From contig CAZEYD010000003.1 in assembly GCA_964516745.1 (NCBI GenBank), positions 2,607-66,606 on the forward strand: DNA of 64,000 nucleotides. The letters run 5' to 3'. Positions 17,177 through 26,950 of the stretch are shown piece by piece. Position 1 is the stretch's first letter. The number at the start of each line of letters is the position of its first letter. The notes under the pieces were generated by a model that had not been told where the DNA came from, ran no database searches, and was given only the letters and a program-made list of their open reading frames with translations. This DNA is from Candidatus Woesearchaeota archaeon (GTDB lineage Archaea; Nanobdellota; Nanobdellia; Pacearchaeales; GW2011-AR1). Both the position numbers and the translations under genes were made by a program.

Positions 17177-17912
17177 AGAATAAGACTAAACTAATAATTC
17201 CAATAAGCCAACAGTAAAAACTAAACATCCAAAATTTATCGTTCTTTATTATTTTCATTAATACATTTAAAAATAATAAGCTTAATATGAAACAGACTAT
17301 TGCACTTACTACAATTGATGATGTTAGTTGAAAGGTTTCTAGTTTTAAAAATTCCAATATGAATGCGGCTATGCTTAGTGGAATAAATAATAAGAATGAA
17401 AACCTCGCTGCTTTTTCTTTGTCAACTCCCTGGAATAATCCTGCCGAGATTGTCATTCCGCTTCGGCTAATTCCTGGGAATAATGCTAGTGCTTGTAATA
17501 ATCCTATCTTTAAACTTTTCTTTGTGTCTAATTCCTTCTTATTTTTTGTGAAAAATCTTGTTAGATAAAGTACTGTACCTGTAAAAATAAAAGCTAGTCC
17601 TAAAAATAGATATGAAGAAAATGCTTGTTCTACGAAATCGTTAAAGAAAAATCCTACTGCGGCTGCTGGGATTGTTGCAATAATCCAATATATCCACATT
17701 TTTCTTGTTTCTTTTTTGAATGTAATTAAATATACTAATTCTTTTCTTAAAAATATCATTACGGCAAATAGGCTTGCTAGGTGAAGTATTGTGAAGAAAA
17801 AAAGGTTTGGTGAAGATATTAAATTTGACACAAGGGCAAGATGTCCCGAGGATGAAACTGGTAAATATTCTGTTGCTGCTTGTATTACAGCTAATAATAT
17901 TTCACTTATCAT
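17166..17912 (-). CDS. uppP: Undecaprenyl-diphosphatase (BacA/UppP family)
   Basis: It has the signature EYLPVSSSGHL near the N-terminus and a second motif PGISRSG, with about 8 TM segments. Confidence 0.85.
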   Translation of the reverse strand: MISEILLAVIQAATEYLPVSSSGHLALVSNLISSPNLFFFTILHLASLFAVMIFLRKELVYLITFKKETRKMWIYWIIATIPAAAVGFFFNDFVEQAFSSYLFLGLAFIFTGTVLYLTRFFTKNKKELDTKKSLKIGLLQALALFPGISRSGMTISAGLFQGVDKEKAARFSFLLFIPLSIAAFILEFLKLETFQLTSSIVVSAIVCFILSLLFLNVLMKIIKNDKFWMFSFYCWLIGIISLVLFFVL

Positions 17913-17944
17913 TTTAATTTAGAAACAAAAAAATTTATAAAGAT

Positions 17945-18241
17945 ATGTGTATCTTGATTTGTATGAAAAAGAGAGTGAGCATATCTAAATTAGATTACTA
18001 TGTTTTTGGTGTAGCATGTTTGCTGTTAGGAATTTCTTTTTCTGGTCTTCTATTGAATATCAAACCTATTAGTTTTCTGTTTTTATTTGTAAGATATAAA
18101 TGGGCTTTTTTGGCTCTTGCGATAATCGTTGGTATTAAGCCTTGGTGGGTAGCTATGTTTGGCAAAAAAAGTGCTGAGGGTATTGTTGAAAAACAAAAGA
18201 GAAAGATTACAACTAAAAAAATAGCGAAAAAGAAAAAGTGA
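17945..18241 (+). CDS. Small membrane protein with Lys-rich tail
   Basis: It has two or three TM segments and a basic C-terminus. It overlaps the next ORF by 4 nt. Confidence 0.3.
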   Translation: MCILICMKKRVSISKLDYYVFGVACLLLGISFSGLLLNIKPISFLFLFVRYKWAFLALAIIVGIKPWWVAMFGKKSAEGIVEKQKRKITTKKIAKKKK

Positions 18242-18780
18242 AAAATAAAATAGCTGCAATGGAGATGAGTATTGGAACGATTGTTACAATTGTATTATCA
18301 ATGACATTACTTATTGGTGGAATTATGCTTGTTACTAATATTTCAAAAAGCGGTGCTGATATTGTAGATATGACTGATTCTCAGGTTAAAAATCAAATTA
18401 ATCAACTTTTTGGTGAGGATGATAAAATTATAATGTATCCAGACTCTAGAGAGGTTAAAATACAAATGGGAGATTATGATGCTTTTGCTTTTGGTATTAA
18501 AAATTTGATTACTGGTGGAAGTGGTCAAGATGCTGAATTTGAATATGATGTTCGTGTTTTGGATAAAGGAGATTGTCCTGATAATGCGAGAATAGAAAAT
18601 TGGATTGTCCTTGGGAAAGAGGGTAAAGTTAAGATTCCGCAAGGAGATGTTTATGTGAATAAAGTAAAATTATTAATTCCTGAAGGATCTCCGTTATGTG
18701 GTTTTAGGTTGGCTATAGATGTTAAAGTTAATGGTAATAATTATTATAGCGATTCTATGGATGTAATAGTTAAAGGTTAA
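18238..18780 (+). CDS. Putative archaeal type-IV-pilin-like / class III signal peptide protein
   Basis: The N-terminus MKNKIAAMEMSIGTIVTIVLSMTLLIGGIMLV has a short basic leader, small residues, an acidic residue early in the mature part and a hydrophobic helix, as in archaeal prepilin signals. Confidence 0.4.
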   Translation: MKNKIAAMEMSIGTIVTIVLSMTLLIGGIMLVTNISKSGADIVDMTDSQVKNQINQLFGEDDKIIMYPDSREVKIQMGDYDAFAFGIKNLITGGSGQDAEFEYDVRVLDKGDCPDNARIENWIVLGKEGKVKIPQGDVYVNKVKLLIPEGSPLCGFRLAIDVKVNGNNYYSDSMDVIVKG

Positions 18781-18924
18781 GGTTTTTTGATTTCTAAAAT
18801 TTTAAATAGTCTCTTTTTGTTAGTTAAATATGGTATTAAAATTATATAATACAATGAGTCGGGAGAAGGAAGTATTTGTCCCAATTGAAGATTCTAAAGA
18901 TGGTTTTATCTTGGAGATTACTTA

Positions 18925-19521
18925 ATGGCAAACTTAAAGGAACCAACATTAACAAATTTGATTAATAGTTTTAATACTATAAATAAACTCAAAATACCTC
19001 GAATGAGTATTCTTAATTTACAACTTTATGCTGAACATTATGTTAATGAAATAGTCGGGTTTGAAGTCGGTAATAACGCAAAAAATGAGATTAGAACTTA
19101 TTTATCTTTTCCACAAAAATTAAGAATTTTAAAAAAAATGAAAATATTAGATGAAAAACAGATAAAAATATTAGAATTACTAAATAAAATTAGAGATGAA
19201 ATGGTTCATGAATTGATATTAAATTCAGAATCTATTTCTAAAAAATTAAAATATGCTAAATTCGATTTTGTTTATGGATGGACAATTCTTAATAAAAATA
19301 AACAAAAAGTTGGTAAAATTATTGATTTAAAAAAGATATATAAAAAGATTGATGACAAATTTAAACAACTTTTTACTTCGATAATTCTTATCATTGGAAT
19401 TTTACACAACAAATTAAAATTGTTGGAAAAGGAAGGTGTAAGTGAGTTTATTGATATTAATATTATTGAAAATAAAAATGAAACTAATATTGAGTTAATA
19501 GTTCGTAGTTTAAATTCCTAA
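18925..19521 (+). CDS. Hypothetical protein
   Basis: Long ORF with ordinary composition. No motif recognised. Confidence 0.35.
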   Translation: MANLKEPTLTNLINSFNTINKLKIPRMSILNLQLYAEHYVNEIVGFEVGNNAKNEIRTYLSFPQKLRILKKMKILDEKQIKILELLNKIRDEMVHELILNSESISKKLKYAKFDFVYGWTILNKNKQKVGKIIDLKKIYKKIDDKFKQLFTSIILIIGILHNKLKLLEKEGVSEFIDINIIENKNETNIELIVRSLNS

Positions 19522-19727
19522 AATTATTCTTGCTTCTGATTCTTCATATATTTTTGTTACTGGTTCTTCGTCTTCACTTTCTTCATTCTCTTCTAATTCT
19601 TTGTCAGGCTTTTCACTCTTTTCCATTAAATATGTATGTCAATGATCTATTTAAGGTTAGTTATATAGGAAAATCCTTTTTTACAAGAAGATTTATATAA
19701 TACTATTGTTAATTACTAATATATAAA

Positions 19728-22232
19728 ATGGGTGAGATCTTTATTAAGTGGCTTTCTGAATTATCAAAGATGGATGTGCCCTTGGCTGGTGGAAAAGGTG
19801 CAAATTTAGGTGAAATGTATAATGCTAAGTTTCCTGTCCCACAAGCGTTTATCGTTACAACAAAGGCGTTTTTTTATTTTTTAAAGAAGACAAATATTGA
19901 AGAAAATATAAAGGAATTGTTATCTAGAATTAAAGTTGATGATACTGCAGATTTACAAATGAAAGCAAAAGAAATTAGAGAAATAATTATTAAAACAGAA
20001 ATACCAAAAGATTTGGAACAGGTAATTTTGGAAGCTTATGATCATTTCAATATTGATTTGAATAGTATGAAAGACTCCCCGGGAGCTTTAGCTATATTAA
20101 GGTCATCTAGAGAAGCTGTTTTTGTATCTGTTAGGTCATCTGCAACTGCTGAAGATTTGGGTGATGCGAGTTTTGCTGGTCAACAAGAAAGTTTTATAAA
20201 TGTAAAAGGGAATCCTGAATTAATAGAAAATATTAAACGTGTTTTTGCTTCAATTTTTACAGCTCGTTCAATTTACTATAGGAAAAAGAAGGGATTTGAC
20301 CCTTTAGTTGGTATTGCAGCTGTCGTTCAAAAAATGATTAATTCGGATAAATCTGGTGTTATGTTTTCTAAACATCCTGTTACTGGGAGTGAGAATATTT
20401 TGATAGAATCTGTTTGGGGTCAAGGAGAAGGTATTGTTTCTGGAAAAATTAAACCGGATCAACATGTTTTGAATCAAGACTTAGAAATATTAGAAGAGGT
20501 TATTTCTGATAAAAAATTAGCTATTGTTAGAACAGCTGGTGGACAAACTAAAACTGTTCAACTAACAGAAGAACGTTCTAAAATGAAGGTTTTGAAAACT
20601 TATGAATTAAAACAGTTAGCTGAATTTGCTATTAAGTTAGAAAAACATTACGATAAGCCACAAGATATTGAATTTGCTATTGAAAGTGATAATATTTATA
20701 TTTTACAAACAAGACCTATAACTACACTCAATAATAAGAAAGAAGTTCAAGATATTGATGGACATTTGTTGACTCAGGGCTTAGCTGCATCTCCTGGTGT
20801 TGCATCTGGTATTGTTAAAATTATTAATTCTATGGATGATTTGGATAAGATTAAACAAGGAGATGTTTTAGTTACAACGATGACTAATCCAGATATGGTT
20901 GTTGCAATGCAAAGAGCTGCTGCAATTGTGACCTCTGAGGGTGGTGTTACTGCACATGCTGCGATTGTTTCAAGAGAGATGGGTATTCCTGCTATTGTTG
21001 GTGCACAAAACGCTTTAGACGTATTGGATGATGGAATGGAAATTACTGTCGATGGTTTTAATGGAAAGGTTTTTTCTGGGATTGCCGAAAATAGAAGTGT
21101 TGTGATTAAACCTATCGTGGACACAAAAATAGATATAAAGGTTATGATTGATTTACCTAAATTTGCAGAACGAGCTGCTAAAACTAAAGCTGATGGTATT
21201 GGTTTGATTCGTCTGGAGGGATTAATTGCTTCTAATCAGAAACATCCTTTGGCTTATGAGGCTGAAGATAATTTAGAGGGCTATAAAGATATGTTAAAAG
21301 ATGGATTAAAAGAGATTGCTGAACAATTTATTGGGAAACCTATTTGGATAAGAGCATCTGATATAAGAAGTGATGAATATGCTAATTTGCAGGGTGCTCC
21401 AAAAGAGATTGAAAGAAACCCTATGCTTGGATTTCATGGTATAAGATTTTCGTTAAAACATATTGACATCTTGAAAGCTGAATTACTAGCTATTAAAGAA
21501 TTGGCTGGACAGGGACATAAATTTGGGATTATGTTTCCACAGGTTATTTCAATCGATGAAGTTAAACAGACTAAGAAGATATTTGAAGAAGTCGGCTGTA
21601 TTGATAAAGTTGAATTTGGAGTTATGATTGAAACACCTGCTGCCGCAATTTTAATTAAAGATATTTGTGAAATTGGAATTGACTTCATCTCTTTTGGTAC
21701 TAATGATTTAACTCAATATACTTTAGCAATTGATAGAGGGAATGAAGATGTTCAATATATTTATGACGAAATGAACTGGGCTGTCTTGAAACAAATTAGT
21801 AGGGTTATTAGAGAGTGTAAAAAACAAGGTGTTAAGACTTCTATTTGTGGTCAGGCTGGTAGTAAACCTGAAATGGTAAAGTTTTTAGTCAAAGCTGGGA
21901 TTGATTCCATCTCTGTTAACGCAGATGCTGCTTATGATATTTCTTTGTTAGTTCAGAGATTAGAAAATGGGGAAGATGTTGATTTAGATAAAAAAGATGA
22001 GAAGAATAAGGAAAATATTGTAGTGGTTGATGAGCCTGTAGAAGAAGAAAAGGAAACTGAAGTTAATATTGAAAAAGATAAAGAAATTGAAATTGTTGAT
22101 GAAGAGGATAAGGAATCTATTGTAAATGAAGAAAATGAAGAAGGATTGGAAATAGATGAGAATGTTAGTGAAGAAGAAGAAAGTGAATTAGATATTCCTG
22201 AAGAAAATCAAACAGAAAATATTTTTAGTTGA
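19728..22232 (+). CDS. ppsA: Phosphoenolpyruvate synthase (pyruvate, water dikinase) with an ~90-aa acidic C-terminal tail
   Basis: It has the N-terminal ATP-grasp pattern LAGGKGANLGEM...PVPQAF, the phosphohistidine swivel GGVTAHAAIVSREMGIPAIVG and a C-terminal PEP-utilising TIM barrel (GTNDLTQYTLA). Confidence 0.85.
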   Translation: MGEIFIKWLSELSKMDVPLAGGKGANLGEMYNAKFPVPQAFIVTTKAFFYFLKKTNIEENIKELLSRIKVDDTADLQMKAKEIREIIIKTEIPKDLEQVILEAYDHFNIDLNSMKDSPGALAILRSSREAVFVSVRSSATAEDLGDASFAGQQESFINVKGNPELIENIKRVFASIFTARSIYYRKKKGFDPLVGIAAVVQKMINSDKSGVMFSKHPVTGSENILIESVWGQGEGIVSGKIKPDQHVLNQDLEILEEVISDKKLAIVRTAGGQTKTVQLTEERSKMKVLKTYELKQLAEFAIKLEKHYDKPQDIEFAIESDNIYILQTRPITTLNNKKEVQDIDGHLLTQGLAASPGVASGIVKIINSMDDLDKIKQGDVLVTTMTNPDMVVAMQRAAAIVTSEGGVTAHAAIVSREMGIPAIVGAQNALDVLDDGMEITVDGFNGKVFSGIAENRSVVIKPIVDTKIDIKVMIDLPKFAERAAKTKADGIGLIRLEGLIASNQKHPLAYEAEDNLEGYKDMLKDGLKEIAEQFIGKPIWIRASDIRSDEYANLQGAPKEIERNPMLGFHGIRFSLKHIDILKAELLAIKELAGQGHKFGIMFPQVISIDEVKQTKKIFEEVGCIDKVEFGVMIETPAAAILIKDICEIGIDFISFGTNDLTQYTLAIDRGNEDVQYIYDEMNWAVLKQISRVIRECKKQGVKTSICGQAGSKPEMVKFLVKAGIDSISVNADAAYDISLLVQRLENGEDVDLDKKDEKNKENIVVVDEPVEEEKETEVNIEKDKEIEIVDEEDKESIVNEENEEGLEIDENVSEEEESELDIPEENQTENIFS

Positions 22233-22297
22233 TTGTTGTCATTATATAGACACAACATAATGGAAAGATTTATATAGTCTAAAATATTCTGATAGAT

Positions 22298-22984
22298 ATG
22301 GCACCAATTAGTAATTTAGAAAAATTAATAAAAGAAAATCAATTTTTAATGGGTATAGATTCTATCATAGATGGAAAAATACAAAATCCTACAAGTCAAC
22401 AAAATCTATTACATAATTTTCAAGATTATTATCACTATACAGAAAGATTACTTGATAAAGGTTCTGAATATTTCCCCGATATGGATGGAGAACAAATTAA
22501 GTCAGCTTCGTATGATTATAAAGATCTGATTTTACCTAGGATTATTGAATATGTTAAAAATGATATTTCTGGTAAAAACGAAGTTTTGGAAAAATTAAGT
22601 TCAAATGAAACAATTATGCAAGAATTAGCAATGAAATATAATGAAAATCATAAAGATTTAGATGTTTTGAATGAATATCTGCAAAAATCTGATATTCAAA
22701 GTATTCGAGGTTTTGTTCAGAAATTATACAATCCATCAGGAGATATTGTATGGAAAAAATTTATAAATTTAGCTCGTAGTGATCAATTGATGAATATTGG
22801 AAAATTAGAATTAGAAAGAATGCAATCACATGTTTTAGACCCATTCTATGATATAAACGGAGAAGGAAAACCAATATATAACGCTACTAAGGCAGTTAAA
22901 TATCTAAAAGAAACACTTAAGACTGATGAGGCATATTTAGATATGATTAAATATTTACCAGTTGAGAAAGCACCTTCTAAATAG
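22298..22984 (+). CDS. Hypothetical protein
   Basis: 228-aa ORF. No motif recognised. Confidence 0.35.
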   Translation: MAPISNLEKLIKENQFLMGIDSIIDGKIQNPTSQQNLLHNFQDYYHYTERLLDKGSEYFPDMDGEQIKSASYDYKDLILPRIIEYVKNDISGKNEVLEKLSSNETIMQELAMKYNENHKDLDVLNEYLQKSDIQSIRGFVQKLYNPSGDIVWKKFINLARSDQLMNIGKLELERMQSHVLDPFYDINGEGKPIYNATKAVKYLKETLKTDEAYLDMIKYLPVEKAPSK

Positions 22985-23006
22985 GAACTAATCTAAAAAT
23001 TATTTT

Positions 23007-23981
23007 TTATTTTTTTGCTCTTACTAAATCTTCAACTAATTTTGCCATTTCTCCTAAGAATTCATCGGCGATTTTGAATAGTTCGTCGAGATTTTTTCCT
23101 TCAATTGATAATCTGTTACCATGAACAATATCTTTTGCTAAGGAATGAACTATGTCGTAATATTTTACATATTTTTTATCTATTAATTTTGGTTTGACGA
23201 AACTATCATTCAAGACACGTCCAACATCTTCAGGAGAAGCTGGCATTATATCTGCTGCAATTAGTGCCGCATGTGCCGCATCAACCATACTCCAATAGAT
23301 TCCATCAACGACTGCAAGCATTGCGCCCTTTGCTCGTGTTAAATGTGTTGGTGCTCGTTCTAATAATGTGTAAATAGATTCAGGAGTTGCTTTTATTTTC
23401 CCTTCTTTTAATAATAATCGTAATGGATTAAAAAAACCACCAAAATCAATCAGTGCTTCTCCACTTCGTAATACATTAAGTACTACTGGATCTCCTCGTA
23501 ATAAATCGCTCCACCATGTTGATAATTTTACCGAACTTATATGTAATGGTTTTTGGTATTTATTTTTATTAAGCAAAATAGATAGTTTCTTTCTATACCA
23601 AGCGACTAACTCTTCGTCGAATTTTATGGAAACATCATCTATTAAAATTATTACATCAATATCTGATTGGTCTGTCATATCTCGTTTTACACTTGATCCA
23701 AATAATATAATAGATTTAATCATTGTATCAAATTCTTTGTAAATTTTGGTTGCAAAATCCATTGCGATTTCTCGTTCTGTAGCTAACATCATAGTATCCC
23801 TTGCTGTTTTTACATTTTTTACAACCTGAGAACGGGTTTGTGCAATTGGTTTATCTTTATAGACTACGTTTCTCTTTTGAACTGTAGGCTTAACATGCTT
23901 AGTAGACTTAATAGTTTTAGCAGTCTTATGACTTTTCTTCGTTGTTGTTTTCTTCTTAGAAATCTTAGATTTAACTACCAT
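23007..23981 (-). CDS. Pol-beta-superfamily nucleotidyltransferase with Lys-rich N-terminal tail and helical HEPN-like C-terminal region
   Basis: It has the NTase motif ILFGSSVKRD...SDIDVIILIDD (GS...DxD). The C-terminal helical region includes AAHAALIAA. Confidence 0.55.
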   Translation of the reverse strand: MVVKSKISKKKTTTKKSHKTAKTIKSTKHVKPTVQKRNVVYKDKPIAQTRSQVVKNVKTARDTMMLATEREIAMDFATKIYKEFDTMIKSIILFGSSVKRDMTDQSDIDVIILIDDVSIKFDEELVAWYRKKLSILLNKNKYQKPLHISSVKLSTWWSDLLRGDPVVLNVLRSGEALIDFGGFFNPLRLLLKEGKIKATPESIYTLLERAPTHLTRAKGAMLAVVDGIYWSMVDAAHAALIAADIMPASPEDVGRVLNDSFVKPKLIDKKYVKYYDIVHSLAKDIVHGNRLSIEGKNLDELFKIADEFLGEMAKLVEDLVRAKK

Positions 23982-24061
23982 TTATACCCTTTTTCATTAA
24001 TTTATAGTAGTTATGTTTTATAAATCTTTGCAGATTTCTTCTTTTAAAAAAGAAGTCATCT

Positions 24062-24224
24062 GGGAGCACTGCTAAGTGTACCCCATAATGCGTTGAGTTC
24101 TTGGGCAAAGAAAACGATTTGTTGAATGTAAACATTCAATTATTGCTCGGCAAATGCATTTTCCGTTTGCCCAGAAGGTACCTGCGTTGGTGCATTTGTC
24201 TGCGCTAGAGGGTTTGGGTTTTTT
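24062..24224 (+). ncRNA. Candidate structured ncRNA (unclassified) in the 445-bp divergent intergenic region upstream of thrS
   Basis: It is locally GC-enriched relative to its surroundings. It has nested helices: ttct-t-gggcaaa (24098-24109) pairs with tttgcccagaa (24166-24176). An apical hairpin ttgaatg-taaa-cattcaa lies at 24122-24139 and a 5' hairpin ggg-a-gcac...gtgt-a-ccc at 24062-24083. It ends in a T6 run (24219-24224). No ORF with a start codon exists on either strand. Confidence 0.3.
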
Positions 24225-24434
24225 ATGAAAAAATCTAGCAAAATATTTATAAAGTTTGATTGTTTATGCTTTCTATGATTAGTAAAAATGTTTTTGGATG
24301 GAATGTTTTGACTAGTGTGACCACTACCTTTTAGGTGGTTGTATTCTTAATATGGCTTACAAGATTAAATTTTTATTTGAAAGAGAATATTATATAAAAC
24401 TAAAATTTAAAAAGCAGAGAGGGCTTTGTTTTTT

Positions 24435-26162
24435 ATGAAAACATTAAATTTGCATTGTGATTATATTAAGTTTAAGGCTTTAAAGAAAGCTTTGAAGAAA
24501 ATTGATGAGATTGCTCCTGAACAGAATTTAGAGGGAAGTGTGGAAGAATGTTTGGTTGTTTTGGCTGCTGTTGAAAAAGGAGATAACGTTAAAGATAGTG
24601 TCGGTTTATTGGTTCAGAATATCAAAGATATTGTTGAACAGGTTCAATGTGATAATATTGTTTTGTATCCTTATGCTCATTTATCTAGCAATCTTGGTTC
24701 TCCTGAAGTTGCTGTGAAGATTTTGGATGCTACAGCTGAAGAGTTACGTAAAGAGTTGAATGTTGTTCAAGCCCCTTTTGGTTATTATAAGACTTTTGAA
24801 TTAAAAGTCAAAGGTCATCCGTTAAGTGAATTAAGTCGTGAGATTGTTGTTAAAGGTAACGAAGAAGAGGCAGAATTGAGTGATGAAGAAAGGAAGAAAA
24901 TGTGGCGTGCTATGAAAAAAGTTAAAATGCAATCTATTAGAGGGATTAATGATAAAAAAAGCAATGTAGAACTGGGAAGGGAATTAGATTTATTTATTGT
25001 TAGTGAGGTTGTTGGACCTGGATTGCCTCTATTCACTCCTAAAGGTGCCGCTATAAAGAGAGAGCTTGAACGTTTTACAACTGATGAAGAATTGAGAAGA
25101 GGATATGAATATACATCTACTCCTATCATGGCTAAGAGTGATTTATACAAAATCTCTGGTCACTGGCAACACTATAAGAAAGATATGTTTGTTTTAAATG
25201 TTGAAGGTAATGATTATGCTTTAAGACCTATGACATGCCCTTTTCAGTTTGTATTATTTAACAGGAAACCACGAAGCTACAAAGATTTACCAAAAAAATA
25301 TGCTGAAATTGCTACACTATATAGAAAGGAACAATCCGGAGAACTTAGAGGGTTAACTAGATTATGGCAATTTACTTTAGCTGATGCTCATATAATTTGC
25401 ACCCCTGATCAATTAGAAGAAGAATTTAATGGAGTTATAGATTTAGTTAATTATATTATGGATACTTTGGATATAGAGGTTACTTATCAATTTTCCAAAT
25501 GGGATCCGGAAAATAAAAATAATAAATACATTGACAATCCTGCTGCGTGGAAGGCTTCGCAATCTTCTATGAAGAAGATTTTGGACAATCTAGGAATTGA
25601 TTATGTTGCTAAAGATGGTGAAGCCGCATTCTATGGCCCAAAACTAGATTTACAATATAAAGATGTTTATGGGAAAGAAGATACTTTGATTACTATTCAA
25701 ATTGATTTTGCACTTCCTGATAAATTTGGTTTGAGTTATTTGGATAAAGATGGGAAAGAAAAAAGACCAATGGTTATCCACAGATCTTCTACTGGAGCTA
25801 CAGAGAGAGTTATGTCATACTTATTAGAAAAAACACAGGGTAATTTACCGTTATGGTTGAGTCCTATACAAGCAAAGATTCTTAGTATGAATGAAAATGT
25901 GAATGAATACGCTGATAAAGTTAAAAAGCGACTATCTGAAGAAGGAATTAGAGTTGATAGTGATTTTTCTGATGACAAAATTGGTAAAAAAGTTAGAAAT
26001 GCGTATTTGGAAAAAGTGTTTTATTTAGTGACCATCGGTGATCAGGAAAATGAGGAAGAAACGGTTGCGATTAAACAACGTGGAACTAATGAGATTCTGA
26101 AATTAAGTTTAGATGATTTTATTTCTAAAATCAAAGAAGAAATTAAGACTAGAAAGAGATAA
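24435..26162 (+). CDS. thrS: Threonyl-tRNA synthetase, archaeal type with N-terminal DTD-like editing domain
   Basis: The N-terminus MKTLNLHCDYIKFKALKKA resembles the archaeal ThrRS editing domain. It has class II core motifs (LRPMTCPFQ, HRSSTGATERVMSYLLE) and a C-terminal anticodon-binding domain. The track start at 24426 is TTG, so the ATG at 24435 is used. Confidence 0.85.
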   Translation: MKTLNLHCDYIKFKALKKALKKIDEIAPEQNLEGSVEECLVVLAAVEKGDNVKDSVGLLVQNIKDIVEQVQCDNIVLYPYAHLSSNLGSPEVAVKILDATAEELRKELNVVQAPFGYYKTFELKVKGHPLSELSREIVVKGNEEEAELSDEERKKMWRAMKKVKMQSIRGINDKKSNVELGRELDLFIVSEVVGPGLPLFTPKGAAIKRELERFTTDEELRRGYEYTSTPIMAKSDLYKISGHWQHYKKDMFVLNVEGNDYALRPMTCPFQFVLFNRKPRSYKDLPKKYAEIATLYRKEQSGELRGLTRLWQFTLADAHIICTPDQLEEEFNGVIDLVNYIMDTLDIEVTYQFSKWDPENKNNKYIDNPAAWKASQSSMKKILDNLGIDYVAKDGEAAFYGPKLDLQYKDVYGKEDTLITIQIDFALPDKFGLSYLDKDGKEKRPMVIHRSSTGATERVMSYLLEKTQGNLPLWLSPIQAKILSMNENVNEYADKVKKRLSEEGIRVDSDFSDDKIGKKVRNAYLEKVFYLVTIGDQENEEETVAIKQRGTNEILKLSLDDFISKIKEEIKTRKR

Positions 26163-26198
26163 AGAAAAGATTATAAACTTGCTTAAGCTATTTTAATT

Positions 26199-26435
26199 AT
26201 GAGGTGGGGAAAGTTTATTTTGATTTTTCAAGCTGTTGTTACGTTAGTTATAGGAATTCTTTTGTTATCACTTGTTTTAGTTCTTGATGCTTCTGTCCAT
26301 GAAGACGACATATCAGGGGACCAGGATGATTTGAGTAAGTTTGAATTTGCTAAAGAGAGATTTTATCAAGGAAGTTATATTTTCGTTCTTATATCTTGTA
26401 TAGAACTTATCATTATTTGGAGACTTCTGAAATAA
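26199..26435 (+). CDS. Small two-TM membrane protein
   Basis: 78-aa ORF with two hydrophobic helices. Confidence 0.3.
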   Translation: MRWGKFILIFQAVVTLVIGILLLSLVLVLDASVHEDDISGDQDDLSKFEFAKERFYQGSYIFVLISCIELIIIWRLLK

Positions 26436-26465
26436 TACTTCTGACATTAGATGGCGGACTTATTC

Positions 26466-26909
26466 TTATTTAATAACCCATGTTTGAATTATTATGAATA
26501 TTATTGCAATTATACTTATTAATCCTTGAACAGCTTCGAATGCTGGACTTTTTATTTGTAGAAATGTTAAAATTCCTGCTATTGTTGCAAGTGCTCCTAC
26601 AATTAATGTTGTTATAGAAGAAAAATTTCTTTCATTTAAGGTGTCGTCAATCTTTTTGAATAGTCTTTTTGGGTTTGATTCAATGATAAAACCTATTCCT
26701 AAAATTAAAAACCATAGGGATTCTACATAATAATCTAAATTAACTAGAAAAAGAGTTCTGGTTATAATTCCTAGAAATCCAATTATAGATACAATGGACA
26801 ATATGATAACAAAAGGTTTTGAAACACGAAATTCTTTACACATTATTTTGAGTTCTTCTTCGGCAACTTGTTTTGCTATTTTTTCTGCCTCTTTCTTTTC
26901 ACCAAACAT
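26466..26909 (-). CDS. Membrane protein, unknown function
   Basis: 147-aa ORF with four predicted TM helices. Confidence 0.35.
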   Translation of the reverse strand: MFGEKKEAEKIAKQVAEEELKIMCKEFRVSKPFVIILSIVSIIGFLGIITRTLFLVNLDYYVESLWFLILGIGFIIESNPKRLFKKIDDTLNERNFSSITTLIVGALATIAGILTFLQIKSPAFEAVQGLISIIAIIFIIIQTWVIK

Positions 26910-26950
26910 ACTTGAAGTAGGAAATCGGAATTTATAAATTTATTTAAAAC

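Noticed and set aside
18855-18926. 23-codon upstream mini-ORF (MSREKEVFVPIEDSKDGFILEIT) overlapping the start of ORF 18925-19521 by TAATG, a possible toxin-antitoxin-like pair.
   Set aside because: It is too short to evaluate. There is no recognisable motif in either partner, and the arrangement alone is insufficient.
19512-19627. Acidic 38-codon minus-strand mini-ORF (MEKSEKPDKELEENEESEDEEPVTKIYEESEARIILGI).
   Set aside because: It is below any reasonable confidence threshold. Its low-complexity acidic sequence is likely a chance ORF in the ppsA upstream region.
24040-24235. Cys-rich antisense reading frame (...KCTNAGTFWANGKCICRAIIECLHSTNRFLCPRTQRIMGYT) suggesting a small secreted peptide.
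   Set aside because: The frame has no ATG/GTG/TTG start after the upstream stop codon. The region is better explained by RNA secondary structure.
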